Assembly: GCA_963781035.1 (NCBI GenBank)
Contig: CAWAEN010000015.1
Span: 166,943-230,942, forward strand
Reading direction: 5' to 3'
DNA from: an uncultured Acidimicrobiia bacterium
GTDB taxonomy: Bacteria; Actinomycetota; Acidimicrobiia; Acidimicrobiales; SZUA-35
DNA: 64,000 nucleotides
Shown in pieces: positions 10,476 through 19,749 of this stretch. How positions within the stretch are numbered: position 1 is the first letter of the stretch; every line of letters begins with the position of its first letter. Position numbers and translations under genes: made by a program. The notes beneath the pieces were generated by a model. It was not told the origin of the DNA. It worked only from the letters and a program-made list of their open reading frames with translations, and ran no database searches.

Positions 10476-10913
10476 TCACACGTCCAGAACGATCGTGACC
10501 GGGCCGTCGTTCACGATCTCGAGCGACATCTCGGCCCGGAATCGACCCGTGGCGACGCTCGCTCCGAGGTCACGCAAACACTGACAGACCCGCTCGATCA
10601 GCGGTTCGGCTGTCTCCGGTCTTGCAGCAGCCATGAAGCTCGGGCGATTGCCCTTCCTGGCATCGCCGTACAGCGTGAACTGGCTGACCACCAGCACCTC
10701 GCCACCGACATCGCCGAGCGCGAGATTCATCTTCCCATCGTCGTCTTCGAAGACACGCAACTTCCACAGCTTGTCCGCCATTCGCGATGCTTCGGTCTCG
10801 GTGTCGTCGTGGGTCACGCCCACCAACACACACAGTCCGACACCGATGGCGCCGACCGTCTCGCCGCCGACGGAAACGTCGGCCCGTTCCACCCGCTGGA
10901 TGACTGCTCGCAT
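10476..10913 (-). CDS. dtd: D-aminoacyl-tRNA deacylase
   Basis: [18 protein letters not shown]...[18 protein letters not shown]. Start taken at the internal ATG at 10913 of ORF 10476..10976. Confidence 0.9.
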   Translation of the reverse strand: MRAVIQRVERADVSVGGETVGAIGVGLCVLVGVTHDDTETEASRMADKLWKLRVFEDDDGKMNLALGDVGGEVLVVSQFTLYGDARKGNRPSFMAAARPETAEPLIERVCQCLRDLGASVATGRFRAEMSLEIVNDGPVTIVLDV

Positions 10914-11082
10914 CGACGCAGTCTGCCGCAATCGACCGGTCACCAGCGGGGAGCCGCCGACGGGGCAACCATCCATGGGGGGAGCTGCTGCGATCCTGTT
11001 CAGCGGGGCCGTGGGGAACTCGCCCTAGCCTTACAGCGTTGTGACGGCGGCGTCTCGAGCCGACGTCGCCAGAAAGAACGTG

Positions 11083-12366
11083 ATGACAACCCACCCCGAT
11101 CCCGACGCACCGTTGCGCCTCGCCTATCTCTCGTATCGGTCGAAGCCCACCGTCGGAGGACAGGGCATCTACACCCGGCACCTCACGAAGGCACTCGCCG
11201 ATCTCGGTCATCATGTCGAAGTGTTCTCCGGCCAGCCGTACCCCGAGCTCGACGAACGCATCGGTCTCACGAAGCTGCCGAGCCTCGACATCTTCAACGA
11301 CACCTACCCCGGTCGCTTCCCCGCCTATTGGGAGATCAAGACCAAGGCCGACCTGCTCGAACTGGCCACCTTCAGTACGGGTCAATTCCCCGAGCCACTG
11401 GCGTTCAGTTATCGCGCACTACAGGTTCTGAAGCAGCGGGCCGGCGAGTTCGACCTGGTCCACGACAACCAGTGCCTCGGCTACGGAATCCTCGGGATCG
11501 ACAAGCTGATCCCGACACTCGTGACGCTGCATCATCCCATCACGGTCGACCGTCGCCTCGAGATGGAGGCAGCTCCCAATCGGCGCAAGCGCCTCAGCGT
11601 GGGGCAGTGGTATGGATTCGTGAAGATGCAGGGCCGGGTCGCCAAGCGCATGCCTCGCATCGTCGTGGTCTCGGAGAACTCGATCCAGGACATCCACGAC
11701 GACATGGGCGTCGACCTCGACCGCATGCGTCTGGTCCACGTCGGCGTCGATCCCGATCTGTTCAAGCCGATCCCCGACGTCGAGCGCATCCCTGGCCGAC
11801 TCATCACGACCGCGTCGGCCGATGTCGAACTCAAGGGCCTCAAGTTCCTGCTCGAGGCCATGGCGAAATTGCGGACCGAACGCGATGTCAGCCTCACGGT
11901 GATCGGCCGGGCCAAGCCGGGTGGGCCATCGGCGGAGATGATCGAACGTCTCGGCCTCGGTGAGCACATCCAGTTCGTCACCGGCGTCCCCGACCAGCGC
12001 ATCGTGGAGCTGTACGCCGAGTCCGAGTTGGCCGTCGTCCCGTCGCTCTACGAGGGTTTCTCGCTGCCGGCGATCGAGGCCATGGGATCAGGCACGCCGC
12101 TGGTCGCCACCGACGGCGGGGCGCTCCCCGAGGTCACGGGTGTCGACGGCGAGACCGTGCTGCGCTGCAAGGCCGGCGACGTCGACTCGCTGCGGGTGGC
12201 GCTCGAACGGGGTCTCGACGACCCGGACCTCCGCCACCGGATCGGAGCGGCGGGTCGTGAGCGAGTCAGCGAGCTCTACACATGGCGACAGACCGCGGTT
12301 CGCACCGTGGAGCAGTACCGCGAAGTCATGGCCATGCGCGAGGCGTCGAACCACGAGGCAGTCTGA
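11083..12366 (+). CDS. glycosyltransferase family 4 (GT-B fold)
   Basis: ORF 11041..12366. GGQGIYTRHL near the N-terminus and C-terminal SLYEGFSLPAIEAMGSGTPLVATDGGALPE. Its stop overlaps the next gene's start. Confidence 0.85.
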   Translation: MTTHPDPDAPLRLAYLSYRSKPTVGGQGIYTRHLTKALADLGHHVEVFSGQPYPELDERIGLTKLPSLDIFNDTYPGRFPAYWEIKTKADLLELATFSTGQFPEPLAFSYRALQVLKQRAGEFDLVHDNQCLGYGILGIDKLIPTLVTLHHPITVDRRLEMEAAPNRRKRLSVGQWYGFVKMQGRVAKRMPRIVVVSENSIQDIHDDMGVDLDRMRLVHVGVDPDLFKPIPDVERIPGRLITTASADVELKGLKFLLEAMAKLRTERDVSLTVIGRAKPGGPSAEMIERLGLGEHIQFVTGVPDQRIVELYAESELAVVPSLYEGFSLPAIEAMGSGTPLVATDGGALPEVTGVDGETVLRCKAGDVDSLRVALERGLDDPDLRHRIGAAGRERVSELYTWRQTAVRTVEQYREVMAMREASNHEAV

Positions 12367-13133
12367 TGCTCACCGTCGACTATGACCGCCTCGGCCTCGA
12401 ACCCGGCATGCGAGTGCTCGACCTCGGCGCCGGTTTCGGCCGCCATGCATTCGAAACCGCTCGGCGCGGCGCGTCCGTCGTCGCCGCCGACCTCGCGTTC
12501 GACGAGATGAAGGCCACCCAGGACACGTTCGCGGCGATGTTCCTCGAGGGCGAGCTCCCCGATGGTCTGACCACCGTGACGGTGCAAGCCAACGGCCTCA
12601 CCCTTCCGTTCGCCGACGGTTCGTTCGACCGGATCATCGCCAGCGAGGTGCTCGAACACGTCCCGGACGACCTCGGCGTCATGACCGAACTGTTCAGAGT
12701 GCTGGCTCCCGGCGGCCGTCTCGCCGCGACGGTGCCCGCCCAGCTGCCCGAGCAGGTCTGCTGGTGGATCAACGATGCCTACCACGCGCCGAAATCAGTC
12801 GGCGGCCACGTCCGGATCTACGGGCAGCCCGAGCTTCGGATGAAGCTGGCCTCGGTCGGCTTCGAGCCCGGCGATTCGCACCGTGCCCATGCCCTCCACA
12901 GCCCGTACTGGTGGCTCAAGTGCGCCGTCGGCCTCGACAACGAGGACAACTTCCTCGTGAAGCAGTACCTCAAGCTGCTCACCTGGGACATCGTCGAGGC
13001 GCCGACGCTCACCCGCACGGCCGAGCGGATCCTCAACCCCGTTCTCGGCAAGTCCGTGGTCATCTACGCCGACCGTCCGAGCTCGACCGGCGTCACCGAC
13101 TCCGACAGCGACCGAACGCTCGCCAACGCATGA
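12366..13133 (+). CDS. class I SAM-dependent methyltransferase
   Basis: Motif I VLDLGAGFGRHA. ATG at 12366 shares one base with the upstream TGA. Own stop overlaps the next start (ATGA at 13130-13133). Confidence 0.85.
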   Translation: MLTVDYDRLGLEPGMRVLDLGAGFGRHAFETARRGASVVAADLAFDEMKATQDTFAAMFLEGELPDGLTTVTVQANGLTLPFADGSFDRIIASEVLEHVPDDLGVMTELFRVLAPGGRLAATVPAQLPEQVCWWINDAYHAPKSVGGHVRIYGQPELRMKLASVGFEPGDSHRAHALHSPYWWLKCAVGLDNEDNFLVKQYLKLLTWDIVEAPTLTRTAERILNPVLGKSVVIYADRPSSTGVTDSDSDRTLANA

Positions 13134-14144
13134 TGCAGCTTCCATCCGTCGACGGATTGCTCACGGCGGCCGACCTCCGGTTGTCGGCGGAGACCATCGT
13201 CGACCTCCAGCTCCCGAACGGGATGATCCAGTGGTATCCCGGCGGCCATGCCGACCCCTGGAACCACGTCGAGACCGCGATGGCGCTCAGCACCTGCGGC
13301 TTCGTCGACCAAGCCGAGCTCGCCTATCGCTGGCTGGCCGACATCCAGCGGCCCGATGGGAGCTGGCACAACTACTACACGGCCGACGGCATCGAGGACT
13401 CCAAGCTCGACTCCAACTGCATCGCCTACATCGCAGCCGGGGTGTGGCATCACTTCCTCGCCACGGGCGACCGCGAGTTCCTCGCCGAGTACTGGGATGT
13501 GGTCGAGCGTGCCATCGAGTTCGTCCTCGATCTGCAGACGAAGCGAGGCGAGATCATCTGGGCCAGACACGCCGATGGCAAGCCGTGGAGCTATGCCCTC
13601 CTGACCGGGTCGTCGTCGATCTGTCACAGCCTCCGGTGCGCGGCGTGGATCGCCGAGGCGCTGGGAACGACCTCGACCGCACTGGGTGGAGGCACGTGAT
13701 CGTCTGGCGAGCGTGATCGCCAACCAACCGAATGCGTTCGAGCCGAAGGCTCGATGGGCCATGGACTGGTACTACCCGGTGCTCACCGGTGCGGTGGTCG
13801 GCGACGACGCCGCCAAGATGCTGAGCAAGGGGTGGGAGACCTTCGTGATGCCGGGCAAGGGTGTGCGGTGTGTGTCCGATCGCCCGTGGGTGACGGCGGC
13901 CGAGACCTGCGAATGTGCGCTCGCCCATCTCGCTGTCGGTGAGCGGGCGACAGCGCTGACGATGTTCACCTGGGTCCAGGCACTGCGCGATCGTGACGGC
14001 AGCTACTTCACCGGAATGGTGTTTCCCGAGCTCGTGCACTTCCCCGACCAGGAGCGAAGTGCGTACACGGCAGCGGCCGTGATCCTGCTGGCCGACGCCC
14101 TCCACGGCGTCAACCCCACCAGCACCCTCTTCACCCACCACTGA
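13130..14144 (+). pseudogene. prenyltransferase / squalene-cyclase-repeat (alpha/alpha toroid) family protein, frame-disrupted
   Basis: N-part (QWYPGGHADPWNHVETAMAL...RPDGSWHNYY) lies in frame 12764..13699. C-part (ARDRLASVIANQP...WAMDWYYPV...RDRDGSYFTG) lies in frame 13686..14144. Frames switch near 13665. Confidence 0.7.
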
Positions 14145-14154
14145 TCAGCTAGGC

Positions 14155-14210
14155 ACGTGCAAACCCGAGGTTTGTGCCATGCATTTCCGGGGGTCATGGC
14201 CTCGGGTTCG
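14155..14210. repeat. palindromic-repeat family member, variant copy L
   Basis: GTGCAAACCCGAGGTTTGTGCCATGCATTTCCGGGGGTCATGGCCTCGGGTT. About 44 of 50 positions match the reverse complement of 16042..16094. Confidence 0.7.
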
Positions 14211-14248
14211 TTTCGGCCATGCCGGCGGCCGTGCCGTATGGTCGAATC

Positions 14249-15160
14249 ATGCGTATTGGAATCAACGGCTCCGGCCTGCTCGCCCGCCCCGACATCACCA
14301 CGATCACTGACGACATCGCGGCCATGGAGCACACGGGCTTCGACTCCTATTGGTTGGCCCAGACCGGGCTCGTCGACGCCCTGACCACCCTCGCCCTGGC
14401 CGGACCGAAGACCTCGAACATCACGCTCGGCACCGCCGTCGTCCCGACCTGGCCCCGCCATCCTCAGGCGCTCGCAGCGCAAGCACTCACCGCACAAGCC
14501 GCCAGCACCGGACGCATCGTGCTCGGCATCGGACTCGGTCATCAGATGTCGGTCGAGGGCAACTGGCGGATGACGTGGGAGAAGCCGATCCGACACATGC
14601 TCGACTACCTCGACGTGCTGCAGCCACTTCTGACCGAGGGCAAGAGTGACGTCACCGGCGATGTTTGGAGCTTCTTCGGCGAGTTCGCCAGGCCGACCGA
14701 GGAACCACCCGCGGTCATGCTCGCCGCCCTCGGCGACCAGATGCTGAAGATCGCCGGCAAACGAACCGACGGCACCATCCTGTGGTGCGTCGGGCCGAAG
14801 ACGCTCGAGCAGCAGATCGTGCCCAAGATCAACGACGCCGCCGCGTCGGCGGATCGCCCGACACCCTCGGTCGTCTGCAGCCTGCCGGTGTGGGTCACCG
14901 ACGATGCCGACGCCGCACGTGACATGGTCGCCAAGACACTCACGATCTACGGCCAACTGCCGTCCTACCGAGCGATGCTCGACATCGAAGGAGTCGACGG
15001 GCCCGCTGACATCTCGCTGATCGGAAGCGCCGAGCAGGTCAAAGATGGCGTAGCCATCATTGCTGCTTCCGGAGCGACCGACTTCACTGCGGTGATTCCG
15101 ACGCCGGATCCGGACGAGCGGGCAGCCACGATCGAAGCACTCGCAGCGACGGTGGGTTGA
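14249..15160 (+). CDS. LLM-class F420-dependent oxidoreductase
   Basis: MRIGINGSG...TGFDSYWLAQTG...GRIVLGIGLGH. Start at the internal ATG at 14249 of ORF 14174..15160. Confidence 0.85.
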   Translation: MRIGINGSGLLARPDITTITDDIAAMEHTGFDSYWLAQTGLVDALTTLALAGPKTSNITLGTAVVPTWPRHPQALAAQALTAQAASTGRIVLGIGLGHQMSVEGNWRMTWEKPIRHMLDYLDVLQPLLTEGKSDVTGDVWSFFGEFARPTEEPPAVMLAALGDQMLKIAGKRTDGTILWCVGPKTLEQQIVPKINDAAASADRPTPSVVCSLPVWVTDDADAARDMVAKTLTIYGQLPSYRAMLDIEGVDGPADISLIGSAEQVKDGVAIIAASGATDFTAVIPTPDPDERAATIEALAATVG

Positions 15161-15209
15161 CCAGTCGACGCGCCGCTACGAACGCTGCTCCGCCGAAGCT
15201 CGACCTCGG

Positions 15210-16001
15210 CTACGAGAGCTCGGCGAGGAACGACGAAATGGCATCATTGACGACGCCGGGGTGGCTCATGTTCGGCGCGTGTGCCGCTCCCTCGACCTGA
15301 ACGAAGCCTCGACAGTCGGGCAGGGCCGACGCAACGGCCTCACCGTGGTCGAGCGGGATGGCTTGATCAGCGGTGCCGTGAATGACGAGCGCCGGGCAGG
15401 TGATCTCCCCGAGTCGATCGGTGACATCGTCGCGACTCAACAACGTCTGGCCCGTGATGTCGAGCGGGCTGGTGCCGCGACGGGCCCGCCATTTCGGAAT
15501 CCACTCGGCTGCCAGCGCCTCTGTCCCGAGGATCAAGCCGGCAACATTCTGCAGGACCGCCTCGAACACGTCGTCGTCGTCGCCGGTGACCGCGGCCAAC
15601 ATTGCGCCATACCCCTCGAGCACCTCTGGTGGATCAACGGCAGAGTCGGAATCGATCAACACGATCGCCCGCACGCGATCCGAATGAGCCAGAGCAGCGC
15701 GCAGGGACAGGAATCCACCCTGGGACATACCAACCCACACCGCCTGATCGATGCCGAGCGAAGCGAGCAGACCGGCGGCGTCGTCGGCCGAGTCCCAGTA
15801 GCTGAAGTGGTCGGGGGCCGGGGTGTCACCGAAGCCGCGCTCGTCCCACCGGATACAGCGGTACTCATCGCCGAAGCGTTCGACCTGATCGTCGAACATG
15901 GTGTGGTCCATCATGAAGCCGTGGCTGAAGATGATGGCGGGGCCCTCCCCACCTGAGTCCTCGTATCGAATGGGGATGCCGTTGACCTGTGTGATTGCCA
16001 T
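15210..16001 (-). CDS. alpha/beta hydrolase
   Basis: 263-aa ORF with HGFMMDH and the nucleophile elbow GMSQGG. Confidence 0.85.
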   Translation of the reverse strand: MAITQVNGIPIRYEDSGGEGPAIIFSHGFMMDHTMFDDQVERFGDEYRCIRWDERGFGDTPAPDHFSYWDSADDAAGLLASLGIDQAVWVGMSQGGFLSLRAALAHSDRVRAIVLIDSDSAVDPPEVLEGYGAMLAAVTGDDDDVFEAVLQNVAGLILGTEALAAEWIPKWRARRGTSPLDITGQTLLSRDDVTDRLGEITCPALVIHGTADQAIPLDHGEAVASALPDCRGFVQVEGAAHAPNMSHPGVVNDAISSFLAELS

Positions 16002-16041
16002 GGCGCAACGCTAGACGCATCGTTCGTGTCGCTGCTCGACA

Positions 16042-16094
16042 ACCGGGGGCTATGACCCCCGAAAATGCATGGCACAAACCTCGGGTTCACACCC
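16042..16094. repeat. palindromic-repeat family member, variant copy R (inverted relative to copy L)
   Basis: AACCGGGGGCTATGACCCCCGAAAATGCATGGCACAAACCTCGGGTTCAC. Overlaps the stop codon (16087-16089) of the methyltransferase gene. Confidence 0.7.
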
Positions 16095-16707
16095 TCTGGA
16101 GGATTCGCAAGGAGCCGACTGAGCACAGCTCGACGAATCGGCCAGACGCCAGCGCCGGAAGGTAGATCTGCTCGTACGGCGGCCGCCCACCATCCGCCGG
16201 ATCGGGAAAGACATCGTGGACTGCCAGCACACCGCCCGCAGCGACGTGAGGCGTCCACAGCTCGTAGTCGAGCCGGGCCGGCTCTTCGCCGTGACCGCCA
16301 TCGATGAACAGCAGCGACAGAGGCGTCGACCACGAGGCGGCAACTCGGGGCCCGTCGCCGACCACGGCAACGACGACGTCTTCGAGCCCGGCCTCGAACA
16401 CCGTGCGACGAAAGACGGGCAGCGTGTCCATCCGACCCGTCACAGGGTCGACCAGATCGGGTTCGTGGTGTTCCCACCCCGCCTGGTTCTCCTCAGAACC
16501 GCGATGATGGTCGACGCAGAACAGCGTGCTGTCGCCCCGTTGACGCACCGCGGCACCGATGTAACACGCCGATTTCCCACAGTAGGAACCGACCTCCAGC
16601 ATCGTCCCCGCCGGGGCATCGAGCGCCGCTCGCCACAGCGCCACACCCTCGTCCGGTGGCATGAACCCACGGGCCGCCTCCGCCGTCGACCGTTCCGAAG
16701 CGGGCAT
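16087..16707 (-). CDS. class I SAM-dependent methyltransferase (O-methyltransferase-like)
   Basis: MLEVGSYCGKSACYIG...FIDGGHGEE. ATG at 16707. An alternative GTG at 16731 overlaps the upstream stop. Confidence 0.8.
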   Translation of the reverse strand: MPASERSTAEAARGFMPPDEGVALWRAALDAPAGTMLEVGSYCGKSACYIGAAVRQRGDSTLFCVDHHRGSEENQAGWEHHEPDLVDPVTGRMDTLPVFRRTVFEAGLEDVVVAVVGDGPRVAASWSTPLSLLFIDGGHGEEPARLDYELWTPHVAAGGVLAVHDVFPDPADGGRPPYEQIYLPALASGRFVELCSVGSLRILQRV

Positions 16708-16727
16708 CTCCTCGATCGAACCGGTGT

Positions 16728-17171
16728 TCACACACCGACCCCGTTGACCGTCGACGTCGAACCGCCGAACAGTCGGTCGAGCAGGAAGAACTTCGCCACC
16801 CACACGATGAAGTAGCCGACCAAACTGGCGAAGTTCACGGCCAACCCAGCGCCGAAGGCGGCATCGGCGCCGGCCGCCATTCCGGTCGACACGACGAGGC
16901 CGGCCGCCGTGATTGCCCAGAACGGAAGCATCTGTCGCCGTACATCGTGGCGCCCGTCGACCTCCCAGACCCACGCTCGACTCAGGAGGTAGGCAGGAAT
17001 CGACATCACACCGGCAGCGAACATGTTCGCCACACCACCGGACCACCCCCACACGCTGTTGGCGAGGTACAGAAAGGTTTGGTGCCCGGTGAAGTTGAAC
17101 GCCGACACCATCAGGTAGCGCCTCGCCATCTTGGCCTTCGGCGAAGCGAGATCAGTCGTAGAGAGCGGCAC
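16728..17171 (-). CDS. GtrA-family membrane protein (polyprenyl-phosphate sugar handling family)
   Basis: 147-aa ORF with four hydrophobic segments. Family-like segments NFTGHQTFLYLANSV and VWVAKFFLLDRLF. Confidence 0.75.
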   Translation of the reverse strand: MPLSTTDLASPKAKMARRYLMVSAFNFTGHQTFLYLANSVWGWSGGVANMFAAGVMSIPAYLLSRAWVWEVDGRHDVRRQMLPFWAITAAGLVVSTGMAAGADAAFGAGLAVNFASLVGYFIVWVAKFFLLDRLFGGSTSTVNGVGV

Positions 17172-17268
17172 GAAGCGAGGTTAGCTGCGCAATTCGAAGC
17201 TCTCTCGCACCGTCACCATCCGCATCATGATGTCGCAACGCCGCTGAGTCTGAGCAGAATGGTCCCTC

Positions 17269-18108
17269 ATGTCCCAGTCCGCAGTCGACGACCTCCTCGA
17301 TCTTCTCGATCTCGAGCAGATCGAACAGAACCTCTTCCGGGGTGAAAGCCCAGACGAGAAGCGCCAACGGGTCTTTGGCGGTCAGGTGGCCGGTCAAGCC
17401 CTCGTGGCGGCTACGCGCACGGTTGCGAGTGGCCTCGTGCACTCGTTGCACGCCTATTTCCTCCGCCCCGGCGATCCGACGATCCCGATCGTCTACGAGG
17501 TGGAGCGGATTCGAGACGGGCGCTCGTTCACGACCCGCCGCGTGGTGGCGATCCAGCACGGGCGAGCAATCTTCCACCTGTCCGCCTCCTTCCACACGCC
17601 CGAGGTCGGCATCGAGCACCAGAACTCACCGCCTCCCGATCTCCCGGCCCCGGAGAGCCTGCCGACCTTCCTCGAACGGAACCTCGAGCGCAAGGAGCAG
17701 ATGGGTGACTGGTACAGCCGACCCCGGCCGATCGACACTCGCGTCGTCCCAGGAGACCACGGCGATCTCGAACAGTGCATCTGGATGCGGGCCGACGGCG
17801 AACTGCCGGACGACATCGTCGTCCACCAGTGCGTCCTCACCTACGCGTCTGACATGACGCTGCTCGACAATGTGATTCGCCCGCACGGCCTGTCGTTCAT
17901 GGACGGAACGATGATGATGGCCAGCCTCGATCATGCAATGTGGTTCCATCGCCCCTTCCGGGCAGACGAGTGGTTCCTCTATGCCCAGGACACACCCACG
18001 GCAGCAGCCGCCCGCGGCCTTGCCCGCGGCCAGATCTACCAGAATGGGAATCTCGTGGTTTCGGTAGTTCAGGAAGGGCTCGTCCGCGAGCTCGCACCCC
18101 CGACGTGA
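17269..18108 (+). CDS. tesB: acyl-CoA thioesterase II
   Basis: LLDLLDLEQIEQNLFRGESP...RVFGGQVAGQAL...HSLHAYFLRPGD...RDGRSFTTRRV. Confidence 0.9.
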   Translation: MSQSAVDDLLDLLDLEQIEQNLFRGESPDEKRQRVFGGQVAGQALVAATRTVASGLVHSLHAYFLRPGDPTIPIVYEVERIRDGRSFTTRRVVAIQHGRAIFHLSASFHTPEVGIEHQNSPPPDLPAPESLPTFLERNLERKEQMGDWYSRPRPIDTRVVPGDHGDLEQCIWMRADGELPDDIVVHQCVLTYASDMTLLDNVIRPHGLSFMDGTMMMASLDHAMWFHRPFRADEWFLYAQDTPTAAAARGLARGQIYQNGNLVVSVVQEGLVRELAPPT

Positions 18109-18166
18109 TCTCGCATCTGCGAGGACGACGGAACAACGACCGGAAGAAGACGAGAGGCGACCATCG

Positions 18167-19504
18167 ATGAGGCTCAACGGCGGAACGACACGACGACGAC
18201 TGGCAGCCTTGGCCGCGTTCGCGGTGCTGGTGTCATCATGCTCGATCACCTCGTTCGAGGAGCGGCAGGCAGAGATCGATCGAAGAGAGGCGGAGTCCGG
18301 CGCGCTGGTCCGATGCCCCGAACAGTGGAGCGGCGGAAATCCTTCGCGGTCCGGTCATGCTCGATGACGTGCCAGACAGTGGCGCCGACGACCCGGTGTG
18401 GGCCGACCTCGATCTCGAGACCGTGGTCATCGCCGAGTACGACAGTCCGATCACGTTGAAGGCCCGATCGGGGAGCAACGATCTCTATGTCGCTCAACGA
18501 AACGGCATCGTCCGGCGGATCCAGCGCACCTTCACCAAGAACGGGGGCGAGCGGATCACGTCAGACACGAGTGTCGTTCTCGATCTGTCCGAGACCGTGT
18601 CGCTCGACGGCGAGCAGGGTCTGCTCGACATCGATTTCTCGCTCGACGGACGCCTCTTGTACGTCAGCTACACCGATCTCGACGGGTCATCAGTCGTCGC
18701 CGAGTACGACATCGCCCGCAGCAGCACAGCAAATGCGAACTCCAGCCGCGAGCTGCTGCGCATTCCACAACCGGCCAGCAACCACAACGGCGGCAGCCTC
18801 GCCATCGGCGCCGACGGCTTCCTCTACATCGGCATCGGCGACGGCGGCGGTAGCGGCGATCCGGATGGCAACGGTCAGAACACCGACACCTTGCTCGGGA
18901 ACGATCCTGCGCATCGATCCGGTTGCGACCGAGACGGCCGCCTATCTGATCCCCGACGGAAATCCGTTTGCGTTCGACGGTGGCGGCGCCCCGGAGATCT
19001 TTCTGTACGGCGTACGCAATCCGTGGCGATTCTCGTTCGACCTCCCCACCGGCGACATGTGGATCGCCGACGTCGGCCAGAACGCATTCGAAGAGATCAA
19101 TCAGCTGACCGTCGTCGACGGGTTTCGGAGTCGGCGCAAATCTTGGTTGGAACCGCTTGGAGGCGTTCGACCCCTATGAGGGCGGGACACCCCCACCGTC
19201 GAGCACGGTGCCGGTCTTCGCCTACGCCCACGAGAACGGTCGCTGCTCGGTCACCGGCGGTCACGTCTACCGAGGCGAGGTCATTCCGCTTCTGCTGGGC
19301 GTCTACGTGTTCGGCGACTACTGCACCGGCGAAGTCTTCGGTCTCACCACAGGTGCGGAGACCATCGTCCGCCCGTTGACGTTCCAAGCCCCGGACAACC
19401 AGTTGGTGTCGTTCGGGCAGGGACCGGCCGGCGAGCTCTACCTCGTCTTGTCCGGCGGCGAGATTCTCCGGGTCCAACCGGCTCCGGCCGTCGAGGAAGA
19501 GTAG
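18167..19504 (+). pseudogene. PQQ-dependent sugar dehydrogenase (soluble glucose/sorbosone dehydrogenase family) lipoprotein, frame-disrupted
   Basis: Lipobox signal (AVLVSSCS) in ORF 18167..18367. Beta-propeller body is split over frames 18357.. ([23 protein letters not shown]), 18487.. (ILRIDP...[12 protein letters not shown]...[15 protein letters not shown]) and 19157..19504 ([11 protein letters not shown]). Frames switch near 18360, 18895 and 19140. Confidence 0.7.
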
Positions 19505-19519
19505 ACCTCGGTGGCGCGA

Positions 19520-19535
19520 TCGAACACATGTTCGA
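19520..19535. promoter_or_regulatory. LexA SOS box (TCGAACACATGTTCGA), perfect consensus
   Basis: 16/16 match to TCGAAC-N4-GTTCGA. The 14-nt core is identical to the dinB box. Followed by TACTGT (a -10-like TAnnnT), then the ATG at 19548. Confidence 0.65.
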
Positions 19536-19547
19536 TACTGTCGTTCG

Positions 19548-19739
19548 ATGACCCCACCCCCTGAACCACCATTCACCGATCTGACCCGCACCGAACGACC
19601 CGCCACCGCCGAGGAGTGGGAGCAGGTCCGCCGCTCGGTCGCGATGCTGCCGCCCGGTGCCTGGGCAATGCGCCGGGAACAGACGCTCCACACCCTCGGC
19701 ACACTGCTCGCGAGCCTCCACGCAGCCCCGAAGCGGTAG
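19548..19739 (+). CDS. hypothetical 63-aa protein (candidate SOS-regulated)
   Basis: ORF with high third-position GC. Starts 13 nt after the SOS box and ends 10 nt before the phosphatase ATG. No family recognised. Confidence 0.45.
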   Translation: MTPPPEPPFTDLTRTERPATAEEWEQVRRSVAMLPPGAWAMRREQTLHTLGTLLASLHAAPKR

Positions 19740-19749
19740 CGTTGCGCCG

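Noticed and set aside
10168-10479. Minus-strand ORF in the DUF2855/dtd convergent gap with a Cys-containing peptide (MMVGIETRCSGHYGCVDPAYGD...) as a possible RiPP precursor
   Set aside because: The coding-like GC3 lasts only about 22 codons. The ORF overlaps the DUF2855 3' end, no maturation enzyme lies nearby, and I recognise no family. With this assembly's indel rate it cannot be evaluated.
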